A stretch of 64,000 nucleotides of DNA from Histomonas meleagridis 2922-C6/04-290x. Taxonomy: Eukaryota > Protista > Parabasalia. Location: the NCBI GenBank assembly GCA_020184695.1, contig JAANOX010000037.1, positions 186,001 to 250,000 of the forward strand, in the 5' to 3' direction. The notes under the pieces are model-generated. The model was given only the letters and a program-made list of their open reading frames with translations. It ran no database searches and had not been told where the DNA came from. Every line of letters starts with the position of its first letter. The first letter of the stretch is position 1. Shown piece by piece: positions 35,129 through 47,125 of the stretch. Both the position numbers and the translations under genes were made by a program.

Positions 35129-36553
35129 ATGAATAAACAATTCAATGATGAGTGGGAGATACCAATGTCTCTTAAAGAGATCATCTTTAATCTAAATAAA
35201 GAAAATTTTCTTTATTCCATAAATTCAATTGTTAAAAAATTTGATGATATTCATTCAATATCTTATAATTTAATTATTAGCCAAATGATATATTATGCTA
35301 TTTACATTTCGAAAATGAGATCTTTTGATCTATATATGAATTTTTTAAGGGAAATAGAAATATTTGAAGAAAATAATAATAAGCATCAAATTTTTGATAC
35401 ATTTACATGTTTTCTTTTTAAAAATAATAACCAAGAATCTAATTTCATTCTTGAGTATATGATTGAGCACAAATTACTTGAAGTTAAAATTGTTAAAGTT
35501 AAAAAAAATCCATATTTTGTACATTATATACCAAAAAATAAAATTGAAGAATATATTGATTATTCGTTTATGGAGCCAATCAAGAACAATTATGAAGAAC
35601 TTTCCAAGAATGATTGGGCACTTCATAAACAATTAATTAAAGAAGGAGTTAATGCAAATGAAATTACAAAAATAATTCGAAATTATGAAATAGAAAAACT
35701 ACAAGAAATATCATCACAAATTGATTTTAGTTTTAATCAAACAATTAAACCATCACTTTATGAAAGATGTTCATTTATTAATCAAGATAATGTTACATTA
35801 ATTGATTATGCAGCATTTTTTGGGTCAGTTAAATGTTTTAAGTTTTTACTTATGAATGGTGCAAAAGTAAAATACACAGGTAAATATGCAGTTGCAGGTG
35901 GAAATGAAGAAATTATTCATTTGTGCGAACAAAATCATTCTTCATTTGCAGAAGCACCTGAAACAGCGATTCAATTTCATCGAAATAAAATCTTTAAATA
36001 TATTTATGAAAATAAATTAGAAGAAATTAATGATGAACTAGAACATTTTCAAAAACTGTACATAATTGGTGGATATTATAAATTTGGGAAAATTATTTTA
36101 GAAGAATTAGGGGCATATTGTATTTTATATTATAATTATGAAATTTTCACATTTTTACTTGAAGAAGGGATGAAAATCAATGATGACATTATTAATGCAT
36201 CAGCACTCATTGGAAACTTATATCTTGTTAAATATTTTCTTCAAAATAATCAAATTCCAACAAATATTTTAGCATTTTCATCAGGATCTGGAAACATTGA
36301 ACTTGTTAAATATATTTTAGAACAAGAAGGAATTGATATTAATGCTAAATGTATGCCTGCAAATATATATTTGCTTTGTTTGAATTTTGTTTCAACGATT
36401 TTGGATTTCAAAATAATATTTGGAATTTATTTAAAATATTTAAAACAGCACTTCTTAGAGCATCTAAAAATGGTCATACAGAAATCGTTAAATTACTTCT
36501 TGAACAAGAAGGAATCGATATCAATGCCAAAGACTTATGTTTATAATATTTAA
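35129..36553 (+). CDS. DUF3447-ankyrin protein, head ORF of locus D
   Basis: DUF3447 signature. After ~36370 the ORF reads through the insert and the next cassette out of frame (QHFLEHL). Confidence 0.9.
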   Translation: MNKQFNDEWEIPMSLKEIIFNLNKENFLYSINSIVKKFDDIHSISYNLIISQMIYYAIYISKMRSFDLYMNFLREIEIFEENNNKHQIFDTFTCFLFKNNNQESNFILEYMIEHKLLEVKIVKVKKNPYFVHYIPKNKIEEYIDYSFMEPIKNNYEELSKNDWALHKQLIKEGVNANEITKIIRNYEIEKLQEISSQIDFSFNQTIKPSLYERCSFINQDNVTLIDYAAFFGSVKCFKFLLMNGAKVKYTGKYAVAGGNEEIIHLCEQNHSSFAEAPETAIQFHRNKIFKYIYENKLEEINDELEHFQKLYIIGGYYKFGKIILEELGAYCILYYNYEIFTFLLEEGMKINDDIINASALIGNLYLVKYFLQNNQIPTNILAFSSGSGNIELVKYILEQEGIDINAKCMPANIYLLCLNFVSTILDFKIIFGIYLKYLKQHFLEHLKMVIQKSLNYFLNKKESISMPKTYVYNI

Positions 36554-37868
36554 TATTTTTTTATATAATTTTATATTTCGAAATAATATTTAGAAATCAT
36601 TTATATTATTTAGAACATCACTTATTTTTGCATTACAAAAGGGATATATAGAAATTGTCAAATTACTTCTTGAACAAGAAGGAATTGATGTTAATGTTAT
36701 TACTGAAATTTTATTGTTTTATTAGATATTTGTCTTAGTAATTTTATCATTCAAAATAATATATCAAAATTATTTATACTATTTAGAACAGCTCTTTTTT
36801 ATGCATCTGCCGAAAATTATGTAGACATAGTTAAATTGCTTCTTAAGAAAGAAGGAATCGATCTCAATATTAAAGATATATATTTATTTTACTTCGAATT
36901 TGTTCTAAAATTTTTGGATTTCAAAATAATATTTCAAATTTATTTATAATGTTTTATACAGCACTTATGTATGCATCTTCAAATGGTTATACAGAAATCG
37001 TTAAATTACTTCTTGAACATGGGGGTATTGATGTTAATGCTAAAGATATTTGTTTGTTTTATTTAAAATTTATTTTAATAATTTCGAATTTCAAAATAAT
37101 ATTTGAAAATTGTTTTAAATATTTAATACAGCACTTATTTTAGCTTCTCAAAATGGAAACATAGAAATCGTTAAATTACTTCTTGATCATGAAGGAACTG
37201 ATATCAATATTAGGAATATTAGTATTTTAAAGAAATGTTTAGAAATTATTTCAAAAAAATTGGAGAATGTACTTACTGTTGCAGTTAAAAAAAATTACAT
37301 TGAAATTGTTAAATTACTTCTTGAACAAAAAAGAATTAATATCAATGCTAAAGATATTTATTTGTTTTATATATAATTTGTTTTAATAATTTTTAAATTA
37401 TATATAATATTTTCAAATTATTCAAATTTTTTAATACAGTACTTATTTATGCATCTAAAAATGGATACATAGAAATCGTTAAATTACTTCTTGAACAAAA
37501 ACGAATTAATATCAATGCTAAAGATATTTATTTGTTTTATTTTGGATTTATTTTTATAATTTTATATTTCAAAATAATATTTGGAAATTATTCAAATTTT
37601 TTAATACAGCACTTATTTATGCATCTAAAAATGGATACATAGAAATCGTTAAATTACTTCTTGAACATAAAAGAATTAATATCAACATTAAAAATGTTTA
37701 TTTATATTGTTTAATTTATCCATTGACAATTTGAAAATATAAAATAATATTTGGAAATTATTTGAAATTCTTTTTACAGCTCTTATGCTAGCATCCGAAA
37801 ATTGTAAAAAAGAAATTATTGAATTATTTCAAAATGTTATAAGTGCTTCAGATCATGAAAATATTTAA
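36365..37868 (+). repeat. Locus D ankyrin cassette array (9 cassettes)
   Basis: T-position codons at 36445, 36615, 36788, 36958, 37128, 37266, 37436, 37606, 37776. Last cassette TALMLASENCKKEIIELFQ..ENI, stop 37868. Confidence 0.9.
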
Positions 37869-39010
37869 TGCATGCTCATAAATTTAATTATTTGTTTTAA
37901 ATATATAAATACATACTCTAGCAATTTTATTTTCACAATTCCTTTGTTTTGTGAGTATTTTTTTTTAAATATAATTCTATTTGATGTTGATAAGTCAAAA
38001 TAAATTTAATATATTTTAATATACTTTTCATTTTAGATTAAGTGCTTCTTTTGGTTCATAAAGATTACTTTGTAAACCAGTTTAAAGACCAAAAACTAAA
38101 AATTCTTTTTATATCACACCATATTTTTCGATAACAAATGTCTAAATCAAAATTCTAGTGAATGTGAATTTTTTGTTGTGTGCTGGAGAATGTCACTGTC
38201 TTTCTAAAAATTTTAGTAACAGAGAAACAGAGGCGATCAATTCATTTTAAAGCTACCAAATTTTTTAAATTAACAATTGTATACTTTTATTATAACAAAT
38301 AAATAGTAAAATATAGTCAATAAATAATAACATGTAATGATTCACTGTTATATTTATATTTATCCTTTATATTATATTCATCAACAGAAGTTATAGAAAG
38401 TGTTTGTATTTCAAATGAATCTGTAAAAAAAAAAAAAATAAAACTAAAAGAATTTTGTGTAAATGTATTTCTTTTTTGTGAAAAAATAATTAAATAGATA
38501 ACTTCAAAGAGAAAAAATATGATGAATTTTGATATTTAAGTTTGTTTAAATCTTCATCAAAGAAATTGGTCAAGTGAAAAAATTGCATGCTGAAAAAAGA
38601 TTGTGAAAGTTTTGTTTGATTGGAAATGATTTTTCTTTGTAAATGGAAAAGATGAAACAAAGCGTTTTTGAAACAAGATACTAAAGAAAACATCAAACAT
38701 TACGACATTATGTATTGGGCAATAACAAATATTTTTCTGTGAAGATATATTCAAAACATTACATTTTCCACTTAAACAATGTTTTATTTATCCGAAAAGT
38801 TTAATTAAATCAGCCTTTTATCATGGGATTGCAAAAAGAAATTACCAAAATATTTCAAAATATTCAAAGTGATGCAGGCCGAGAAAACAATTTATTTATG
38901 CTAAAAATTTAATTTTTATGATTTTTTATCTTCAAAATGATATTCGGTATAACATAGCGCAATGAATTTAATATATTACCTCAAATATGTTAAAAGATTT
39001 AAATTTTTAT

Positions 39011-40225
39011 TTATAACTTTTGAACATATTTCAGTTCATCCAATGCATCGCCAACAGTTTTATCGAGCGAAATATTCTTAAAGAAGTATTCTATAGAGTT
39101 AGTGATTGATTTTGTTTCGTCGTCAGCAAGTTTTGAATCGCAATACCTGAATCTGATTGTCGTATCATTTCGACCATTTCCTAAGACCGAGAATCCCATT
39201 AAAGAAACAATATCTTCTGTATACTTAGCTTGCATAGATAATGACATCCAAACATCTTTGATTGGTTTTTTGATTTTGATCAATCCAACATTTGATATCT
39301 CCAATCCAACTCCTGGAATAATTGGATCTACCATTGGCTTACCGATGTTCTTTAAGAAGCCAAATGCTTCTCCTCTTTTATTACGTTTCATTAAGTCTTC
39401 TCGCATTCTTGCTCCAACATCTCTAAGTGTGGCATTTAAAGAAATAGGAGTACTTGCAGTGATCTCAGAGAAACAATTTCCAATGGAAAAATCGTTCTCA
39501 TGAGGCAAAAGATAAGGGCGTAAATCAACGCACGTGCAACACCCGACGGTTTTGTCAAGAAAACCGTTGTGAGCGGCGGTTGAAAGAATGAGCGAAAGCC
39601 AAAAAGTTTCAGTAAGCCCATCACACTTCTGCGTACGAGGATTATAGCATTTAAAATCATAAGTGGAAGAACTGAAGGTATGGTATTTGGCGTAAGAGCT
39701 GGGAACTTTAGGAAGTTTAGATTTGGATTGTATTCGTGTTAAATTAGGATCACATTGCCATAGTTTGACAGTATCAGGAGAACTGGATATTTGTGAAGAA
39801 AATATATCAGTTGTAAGACGAGTGAAATATGGCGTTTTGGAAGGTGGATAAAAAAGATGATCAATAATATACTTGAAGTATCCACCATCTGCCATCGCGT
39901 GATTAATATTCAACACTACTTTGTTATCACTTGCTGATAATGAAGCAATTCTATCTTTATAATTTGGTGTATTATTTTTTACGACCCATTCTGTTGCTTC
40001 TTGAAGTGTTTGAAGATTGTCGGGAATCTTGGCAACCTTTACTTCTTCAGGCGTGTAAATTAGTCTTTTGTCATCAGTTTTGAGATGCAAACCAATAATT
40101 GATTTTTGAAGATTATCAATAACTTGGAACATAACATTCTTGTTTGAAAATTCTACGGCTAACTGAATCATACAACTTGCTTCAAGATCATAAACATCAA
40201 GCTTGGTGATTGGCCGAGAGATCAT
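39011..40225 (-). CDS. CoA-dependent acyltransferase/condensation-fold protein
   Basis: NHAMADGG (HHxxxDG-like), VDLRPY, SNVG motifs. Confidence 0.6.
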   Translation of the reverse strand: MISRPITKLDVYDLEASCMIQLAVEFSNKNVMFQVIDNLQKSIIGLHLKTDDKRLIYTPEEVKVAKIPDNLQTLQEATEWVVKNNTPNYKDRIASLSASDNKVVLNINHAMADGGYFKYIIDHLFYPPSKTPYFTRLTTDIFSSQISSSPDTVKLWQCDPNLTRIQSKSKLPKVPSSYAKYHTFSSSTYDFKCYNPRTQKCDGLTETFWLSLILSTAAHNGFLDKTVGCCTCVDLRPYLLPHENDFSIGNCFSEITASTPISLNATLRDVGARMREDLMKRNKRGEAFGFLKNIGKPMVDPIIPGVGLEISNVGLIKIKKPIKDVWMSLSMQAKYTEDIVSLMGFSVLGNGRNDTTIRFRYCDSKLADDETKSITNSIEYFFKNISLDKTVGDALDELKYVQKL

Positions 40226-40347
40226 TTTGGTTGATAAATCATTTCAATGGAAATAAAAATGTCATTTTTTTTTTCTATCAATAAAAAACTGATTTTTTTG
40301 TTCTAAAGAGCGTTTTCAAAAAATGTCACATTTTACTTGAGGAATAT

Positions 40348-40725
40348 ATGGAAAAAGGTAAAATATCCAAACTTGATGACTTTAACCCTCAGAGCATAGA
40401 TGCACCTCCAGATACCTTTGTTGCAATTATTTGTGCTTCATCTTGGATAAATGAATTTGCTGCTTTTGAAAGTTTGGGAAAAACTTTCAAATTTAATGAA
40501 CCTGATTGGAACAGTACATATTGGAATTGGAATTTTTTTGCAGACTGGATAAGAGAATTAGAATGGATCAAAGAAAAAAAAATTGACTTTTATATATATG
40601 ACCTAGGAAAAGAAAATATTTCGATTGACTTTGCGGATTTTATGGAAAAATGCATTGTTCCATATTGGAATTCTATAGATGGAAATAATGCAAAACAATT
40701 CAATTTTTATTATCACAAAGCATAA
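40348..40725 (+). CDS. Barstar-like small protein
   Basis: F..PDW...WNWNFFADWIRELEWI resembles the barstar consensus FP.yfg.NWDAL.D.L.DL.W. Confidence 0.5.
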   Translation: MEKGKISKLDDFNPQSIDAPPDTFVAIICASSWINEFAAFESLGKTFKFNEPDWNSTYWNWNFFADWIRELEWIKEKKIDFYIYDLGKENISIDFADFMEKCIVPYWNSIDGNNAKQFNFYYHKA

Positions 40726-40934
40726 CTTTCTTAAAATATTTTATGAAGTGTGTTTTGTTTATGGTTTAAAGCAAATAATACAAAGGATATCAATGTAATG
40801 CAATAATGGGTTCTTTGGTTTTAAAGGTGGAAATTCAGAAAAAATAAAATGCCGCTTTTTTTCAATGAAATGATAACTGTCATTTTTTTAGGCGCTTATT
40901 GGAAAGGGAATGGAACAGTGGCGCCATTTATTAA

Positions 40935-43031
40935 ATGCAAGCTACATCTGAAAGGATAAGTTCTCTCTGTACATCTTTAGGTCATAATACACCAAACGGG
41001 TATGTGCCTAGTGATGACTGTCAACTTAATCTTAATGAACTTGCATTTTCTATTTGGCATGATGATGAAGCAGCAAAAAATGTTTGTTCACAAGTATATG
41101 AATTTGATGTATTTAAGAGAGACTTCATTCCACTTCTATTAGTTGGTGAACCTATTTCTTATGTTGCATTAAAAGCTTTAACAGCTGTTACTTACTTACC
41201 CTCTCCCAATGCCGAAGAATATGATAAACAAATGGATATTTTAAAACAATACAAAAACGAAGCTAGTTTTCATCCAGAAATATTTGCCAAAGTACTTGAA
41301 TATACAGCCTCTATTATTGAAAACCCTCGTGCTGAAGTACAATTATTAAATCGAGCAGAACTAGCAATGACGTTTATACGTAATATAGCCATTATTCCTT
41401 CATCCCCAGATGTTCATGAACGAATTGTTCAAATTTTTATTGACTCATATCTTTTTGATGTCATTGAAAACCTCAAACTCATCAGATTTGGTGATCGTTC
41501 CATGAAATTTGCACGTCTTCTTCTTGGCATCTTCTATGGCACTTTTGTACCATATCTTCCTCTTAAAAAAAGTGACGAGCCGGATAAACCGTCCGAGCAG
41601 AAACCGTCATCCAAATTCTTAAGGAACTTCATAAACTCACAGAAAAACGTCATTCATTCTAGTTCCAGACACGGACATTGGGGTGGATCTGTGACAGTTA
41701 CTGGTCACGGGAAATCTGGTTATACAATGCCAATCAATCTTTCATTAAGTGGAAAAGCACCACTTCCTTCAGGCAAACATCTTCCAATGCGCAATCGCCC
41801 AATTGAGAAATCTTCACAGACAGCTCGATTTACTAAAGAAGCTGAGCAAGCTGCAGCCAAAGTAATTTCCATGTCAGTATTTCCTCTTGCCTTTGAACTG
41901 GGTATTCCACATGCCTTTGCCGCCTATGATAAAAGTTGCCCAGCCAATGAACAACTACAATTTTGTGATACTGCAAGATTTTTCATTGATTTTTCATTAA
42001 AGTATGGAGCTGAGCTTAAAGTCAAACCATTAGCCACATCAGAATTTGTAAGTTATGTTCAATCCATGGCAATGTTTTTTATCAGTTCCAATCAAATGTT
42101 AATAGATGGCATTACATCAATCTCTGCCTTACAAACGATATGCCGGTACTACTCCTCGTTGTCCCTTTTCCTTAATGCCATCATACGTGACGACCGACAT
42201 GAGCGCCAATCAGAATTAGCATCTGAAGTTGTCTCCAAATATAGTTCTGACATCGAAAACTTTTTAATTGATTACTTGTCGCAGTCCAATTTAACCAAGA
42301 AAACGTTGACCATGCTCAAAGATAACATAGTTGCACTTGATCATTTGCATCAATTATATATAACAGCACAAGAAAACGACTTAATGAAGGTCAGCATCAC
42401 CCAAAGAGACGAAGATGCGAATCCAGACGACATTGCTGATGATCGAATTATTGAAGACATTCGAATGTTTAACTCTGAAATGATTGTGAAACGAATTATT
42501 CGACGTCAAAACGCATTAACACCTTTTTTCATTGTGTTACAAAACTTCGAAATCCTTGAAGAAGAAGATATAATATCGATCACGCGTATTCTTAAGCAAT
42601 TTATTAAGAAAAAGAATGGGCTTGCGCATTTGTTTAAGTTGAGTTATTTTTATGTGATTAATAAGTTGTGGAATGATGGAACTGTGAATAATAATGAGAA
42701 TACTTCTGATGCTATAAAGGATTTGAATGAAGTTTTCGAAGAAATTGTGCGACATTTCTTCTTAACTGCGATGAGGGATAAAACAGCGTTTGTGTCATTG
42801 ATCGTTGGATTCGATGAAAACGACGTTTATGATGAGGAAGCTGAGAAAAGAGAAAAGGAACAATTCATTAACGATAAATTGGGGCTGACGCCTGAGTTAG
42901 CTCAAATGCTGAACCAAATGAACCAAAATGGGAATTTGGTGTCAGTAGAAAAAATCGAAAATAATCACGCGCTGAAAAGACTGCACGAGGAAAATGCTAT
43001 GGATGATGAAAGTGAGTTGGAAAGCGACTGA
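40935..43031 (+). CDS. TIMELESS: Timeless/Tof1/Swi1 fork-protection protein
   Basis: N-terminal Y..SDDC..L.EL...W.DD..V...DFIPLL and SSRHGHWGG motif. Confidence 0.75.
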   Translation: MQATSERISSLCTSLGHNTPNGYVPSDDCQLNLNELAFSIWHDDEAAKNVCSQVYEFDVFKRDFIPLLLVGEPISYVALKALTAVTYLPSPNAEEYDKQMDILKQYKNEASFHPEIFAKVLEYTASIIENPRAEVQLLNRAELAMTFIRNIAIIPSSPDVHERIVQIFIDSYLFDVIENLKLIRFGDRSMKFARLLLGIFYGTFVPYLPLKKSDEPDKPSEQKPSSKFLRNFINSQKNVIHSSSRHGHWGGSVTVTGHGKSGYTMPINLSLSGKAPLPSGKHLPMRNRPIEKSSQTARFTKEAEQAAAKVISMSVFPLAFELGIPHAFAAYDKSCPANEQLQFCDTARFFIDFSLKYGAELKVKPLATSEFVSYVQSMAMFFISSNQMLIDGITSISALQTICRYYSSLSLFLNAIIRDDRHERQSELASEVVSKYSSDIENFLIDYLSQSNLTKKTLTMLKDNIVALDHLHQLYITAQENDLMKVSITQRDEDANPDDIADDRIIEDIRMFNSEMIVKRIIRRQNALTPFFIVLQNFEILEEEDIISITRILKQFIKKKNGLAHLFKLSYFYVINKLWNDGTVNNNENTSDAIKDLNEVFEEIVRHFFLTAMRDKTAFVSLIVGFDENDVYDEEAEKREKEQFINDKLGLTPELAQMLNQMNQNGNLVSVEKIENNHALKRLHEENAMDDESELESD

Positions 43032-43163
43032 TTTTAATAGTAAATATTTGTTTATTTGTTATTTTATGATTTAAATTATCATCGCTCAAACTATAATTTA
43101 ATATGTAACGAGAACAGTTTTAATGTTTGGTGGAATTAAAAATGAATTTGGTGTTCACTTTGT

Positions 43164-43615
43164 TTACTGAGAGAATCTTGGAGTGGTTTGAAGGAACTCC
43201 GCATCGTGTCCAGTCTTGAGTGGCTCCTTGGATTCAAGTGTTTGGATGCAGATTATCACAAGTGGTTCGGTACCTGTGTTCTTGTAACAGCGACTTGCAC
43301 CAGTGCCAGTACGAATAACAGAACCTTCTTCAATCGGGAAAACAGTATCATCAACTTGAAATTCACCTTTTCCTTTGATAATAATGAATACTTCTTCATT
43401 TTTCTTTATGGGAATGGAAGAATGGAAGTTGTACACCAGGTGGAATAGATGTATATGATATTTCAGATCCAGTTAAATGAAGTGGTTGTTGAATGAAAAC
43501 TTTTTCCTTGGATCTTCTCACCATGAGATTCTAATACATACTTTTCAATTTCAGAAGCTGGACCAACATTTATTGCAGAATAATTTGATCCTTCAGAGAT
43601 TATTTTAAGGGACAT
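43164..43615 (-). pseudogene. Bacterial-type cupin, split by two +1 A insertions
   Basis: From ATG 43615 it reads MSLKIISEGSNYSAINVG..GKVF..TGSEIS..P.G..LPFFHSHKENEEVFIIIKGKGEFQVDD if one base is removed from each T5 run at 43501-43505 and 43399-43403. Confidence 0.75.
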
Positions 43616-44452
43616 TAAAATAAAGTGATGTGATTTTTGCAATGGCTATTTAAAAAAGGGAGATATATAATTTCAATATGATTCTCAAAGATTTTGAATA
43701 AATATGAAGATAAATCCATTTTTCAAAAATGCGATAAATTTTCACTTCACCTCACCTTGATTTGTGTAGTTTACAAAAGTTTTTGTGAGCAGAACGATTG
43801 ATGCATACTGAAAATGTTGTACACCAAAATACAAGAATATCGTCTTTCATGATGGTATTCTATCCAGATATTATTTGTTTTCAGAAAAACTAATATTTTG
43901 GCTCATTTATATCAAAATATTCGAACATTTAATAATGTCCAATTGGAAAAAATATAATGAAAGTCTTTGCATTGAATATGTTTTTTATCATAAATGTTTT
44001 TCCCCATTCATACAGATATACGAAAGTGTTCACTAATAAATTTGTTGTTATAAAAATATTATAATAGTATTTACATTATACTATTGAATGAATTTTCTCT
44101 TTATAAAAAATGACGATAAATTTTAGAAAAATTGGTATATGTATTATAATCCATTTGTAATTACAAAGAACTTTATCAAATGTTTAATATCTTTTTGAAA
44201 ATATATAAAGCAATTTTAAATTAAAATTAAATGTTTCCAAATATATTATCGAAAGTCAATAAAACCAATCAAATTGTCACTTTAAGCGAAACTTTTATTA
44301 ATTTTTGTCTAATTTTTATGACGATATTTATATACTGACCATATAATCCCTCAATCATACTTAACGTTCTCCAATTTACCGCTATCGTTTTTATGAGCAT
44401 CAAACACTACATCAAACTCAATTAAAATTTTAAATTTAGAAAATGAAGCTGT

Positions 44453-45889
44453 TTATTGGCATTGTCTTCCGTAAACGTAAGGAACAAATGTCTTTCTTGG
44501 GATGAATTTACCTTTTCTTTCTTCTGTTAACATACCATTCTTATAATTTGCAACACCATTTTCAACTTCACATTTCCATACTAATCTTCCATTAGAAATT
44601 GTTATTACTGGAATTCCGGTAACTTCAATTCCTTCAAACAAGTTATAGTCGGCGGCACCTTTTTGATCCTCTTTTTTGATAACTCTTTTAGCCTTTGGAT
44701 CAACAACAACAACATCAGCATCAGATCCAACTCTTATAACACCTTTTCGAGGATATAATCCGAAAATCTTCGCCGCGTTAGTAGAAGTTACAGCCACGTA
44801 TTCCATTGGAGAAATTAATCCCTTATTAACACCATAACTCCAAGCTAAAACCATTCTTTCTTCTAATGCTGGGACGCCATTTGGTATTTTCCTAAAGTCA
44901 TTAAGACCGGTTCGTTTTTGTTCTAATGTCCAAGGGCAATGATCAGTGCATATTGTCTTTAACAAACCTTTTTGTAATCCATTCCAAAGTGCTTGGCGAT
45001 CAGCTTCAGATCTTAATGGTGGTGACAAAACAGCGCCTGCTGCAATGTCGAAGTTAGGATTACTATTAAGTTCATCAGTGAACACGAGATGTGATATAGT
45101 ACATTCTGGAATAACGGGATATTTTCCATTGACTGCATTTTCGAGAACTTCGAGTGATTCCTTACATGTATTATGAACAATGTACACTGGACTATCAGCT
45201 GCTGCTGCAAGAGAAACAGCATTAGTAACTGCAGCACTTTCGACCCAACTTGGACGTGATTTAGGATGTGCAGCTGGAGTTGTTTCGCCTGAATTGAAGA
45301 GCTTATTTTGAAGATAAGGGACAATTTCACCATCCTCACAATGAACTTGTGGAAGCATTCCATGTTTTCCTACAAATTCGAAAAATTCGATAAAATCTTT
45401 CTGTGAATCAAGCATAAGGTTACCCTTATAAGCGAGATATACCTTTGCTGAGTTGATTCCATGTTCGATTGCCATTTCAAGAGATTCTTTGGACTCTTGA
45501 TTCCAATCGACAACTGACATATGGAAGGAATAATCAATAACTGCTTGTTGTGCTTGTTTTTCCCAATGTAAGAGACACTCCTTTGGATGGTCGCCTTTGT
45601 TGACTGGAACGAAATCTAATACACATGTCGTACCACCAGCTGCAGCGGCTCTTGTGCCTGAATACCAGTCATCCGTAACACGGAATACGGCTCCCTGCAT
45701 TTCAATGTGGGTGTGGGGATCAATTCCGCCAGGAATCACAAACTTTCCTGTGCAATCAATTTCTTCGGCATCTGTCGACTTAAGATCGGTTCCGATCTCA
45801 GCGATCTTGCCATCAACTATTAATACATCTCCGACAAACTGTTCATCAGCATTTACGATTGTGCCGTTTTTGAGAAGAAGGGATTTCAT
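44453..45889 (-). CDS. DPYS: Dihydropyrimidinase (D-hydantoinase)
   Basis: PGGIDPHTH, AAAGGTT, VHCEDG, YIVH, TDHCPW, IPNG, GSDADVV. ATG at 45889. Confidence 0.93.
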   Translation of the reverse strand: MKSLLLKNGTIVNADEQFVGDVLIVDGKIAEIGTDLKSTDAEEIDCTGKFVIPGGIDPHTHIEMQGAVFRVTDDWYSGTRAAAAGGTTCVLDFVPVNKGDHPKECLLHWEKQAQQAVIDYSFHMSVVDWNQESKESLEMAIEHGINSAKVYLAYKGNLMLDSQKDFIEFFEFVGKHGMLPQVHCEDGEIVPYLQNKLFNSGETTPAAHPKSRPSWVESAAVTNAVSLAAAADSPVYIVHNTCKESLEVLENAVNGKYPVIPECTISHLVFTDELNSNPNFDIAAGAVLSPPLRSEADRQALWNGLQKGLLKTICTDHCPWTLEQKRTGLNDFRKIPNGVPALEERMVLAWSYGVNKGLISPMEYVAVTSTNAAKIFGLYPRKGVIRVGSDADVVVVDPKAKRVIKKEDQKGAADYNLFEGIEVTGIPVITISNGRLVWKCEVENGVANYKNGMLTEERKGKFIPRKTFVPYVYGRQCQ

Positions 45890-46549
45890 CGAAAGTGAAG
45901 TCACTAATCATTTTGTCAAAAAAATAACAGAATAGTGAAAATTTTGAATACAACAAATACACCGTTTTCGAATGAGGGCACCCCAAACCGTAAAAGTGCT
46001 GAATGATAAATGTATTTTGACATGTAACCGCTTAATTAATAATTTTTCTGAATGGTTTAAAGCACTATGCTAAAATGATATACGGTATTAATGTTTAAAA
46101 TATTTAAATCGACGGTTGAAGCCGTTGGCGTTTTGGAAAATATTTAAATTACCTATTTATAAAAAAGTGAAAATAAATATACTTTAAATTTTAATACATA
46201 GCTTCTCCTTGAGCCCACGAAATTTTCATTCTTAAGCTCAATAACTAAGTCAAATTGCTCATCGATTTACTGACTTCTTAAGAAGTGGTCACATATATAT
46301 TTTTGCCATTTTGAGCCTCAAATATTTGTATGTATTAAACTATGGATCTGTTATTCAAAAATTTACAACTTTATTGTTATTCAAATTTATCATATCGGCA
46401 TATTACAACAACTGGCAAACGACCGTTATCCTAGTGATCGTTTTGCCAAAATTTGTGAAGATTTCAATTCGATTTGACATTTTGGGCTTAAGGTTCAACG
46501 TTCATTTTAGCATTTTGAATCGAATCAGACATTTTGGGCTTAAGGCTTA

Positions 46550-47010
46550 AGAGTGGATGAAGGCAGAACCGATCATTTTAAAAATTTCTCTATTGTAAGA
46601 GTAAATACTCATATTAAAATTAAAAAAGTACTTTAATTTATTGTTTATTGATCTCAAGAAAATGAGAAACATTTTCAATAATCTTTTGTTTGCCAAGACT
46701 TTAGTTCGAGTTCCAAGTTTTATTGATATTTCCCAATATTTTTGTTGTGCAGGTGATTTATTTTGTAGAGTGTGACACTTTTCGGATATTTCGAAGTTTG
46801 TTTGGCCAAAACCTATCAACCTGAAAAGTGTCTCATGAAGAATGCATTGATAGCAACATCATGAACTGGTTGTCTGTTTGCTGAGATGCCAGGTTTCAAG
46901 TATTCTTCAGATATAAATTCAATAATTGAATCTTCTGTTTCTTTGGTAATTGAATATTTTTGTGGATGTGATGGTGGATTTGGAAATCAATTTTGACCAC
47001 CAGGAAACTG
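46550..47010 (-). pseudogene. Possible transposon-derived ORF remnant
   Basis: One frame reads HPHKYSITKETEDSIIEFISEEYLKPG..V.DVAINAF then breaks. Resembles helical DNA-binding N-termini of pogo-like elements; weak. Confidence 0.25.
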
Positions 47011-47125
47011 GGTGTTCAAATTAATTTAAAATATGCTCAAAAATCGTACGTTAAGAGACCGTTTATTATAATAACGGCCGAAAAGTGCCAACATTGAAAG
47101 TTGCAGTTTGTTTGTTTCGTTTTAT

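Noticed and set aside
36365-37868. Spacers as ordinary GT-AG introns ending at ACAG
   Set aside because: GT is not conserved, AG is absent in many units, there is no ACTAAC, and splicing at ACAG would delete the conserved F-x-T residues or break the frame.
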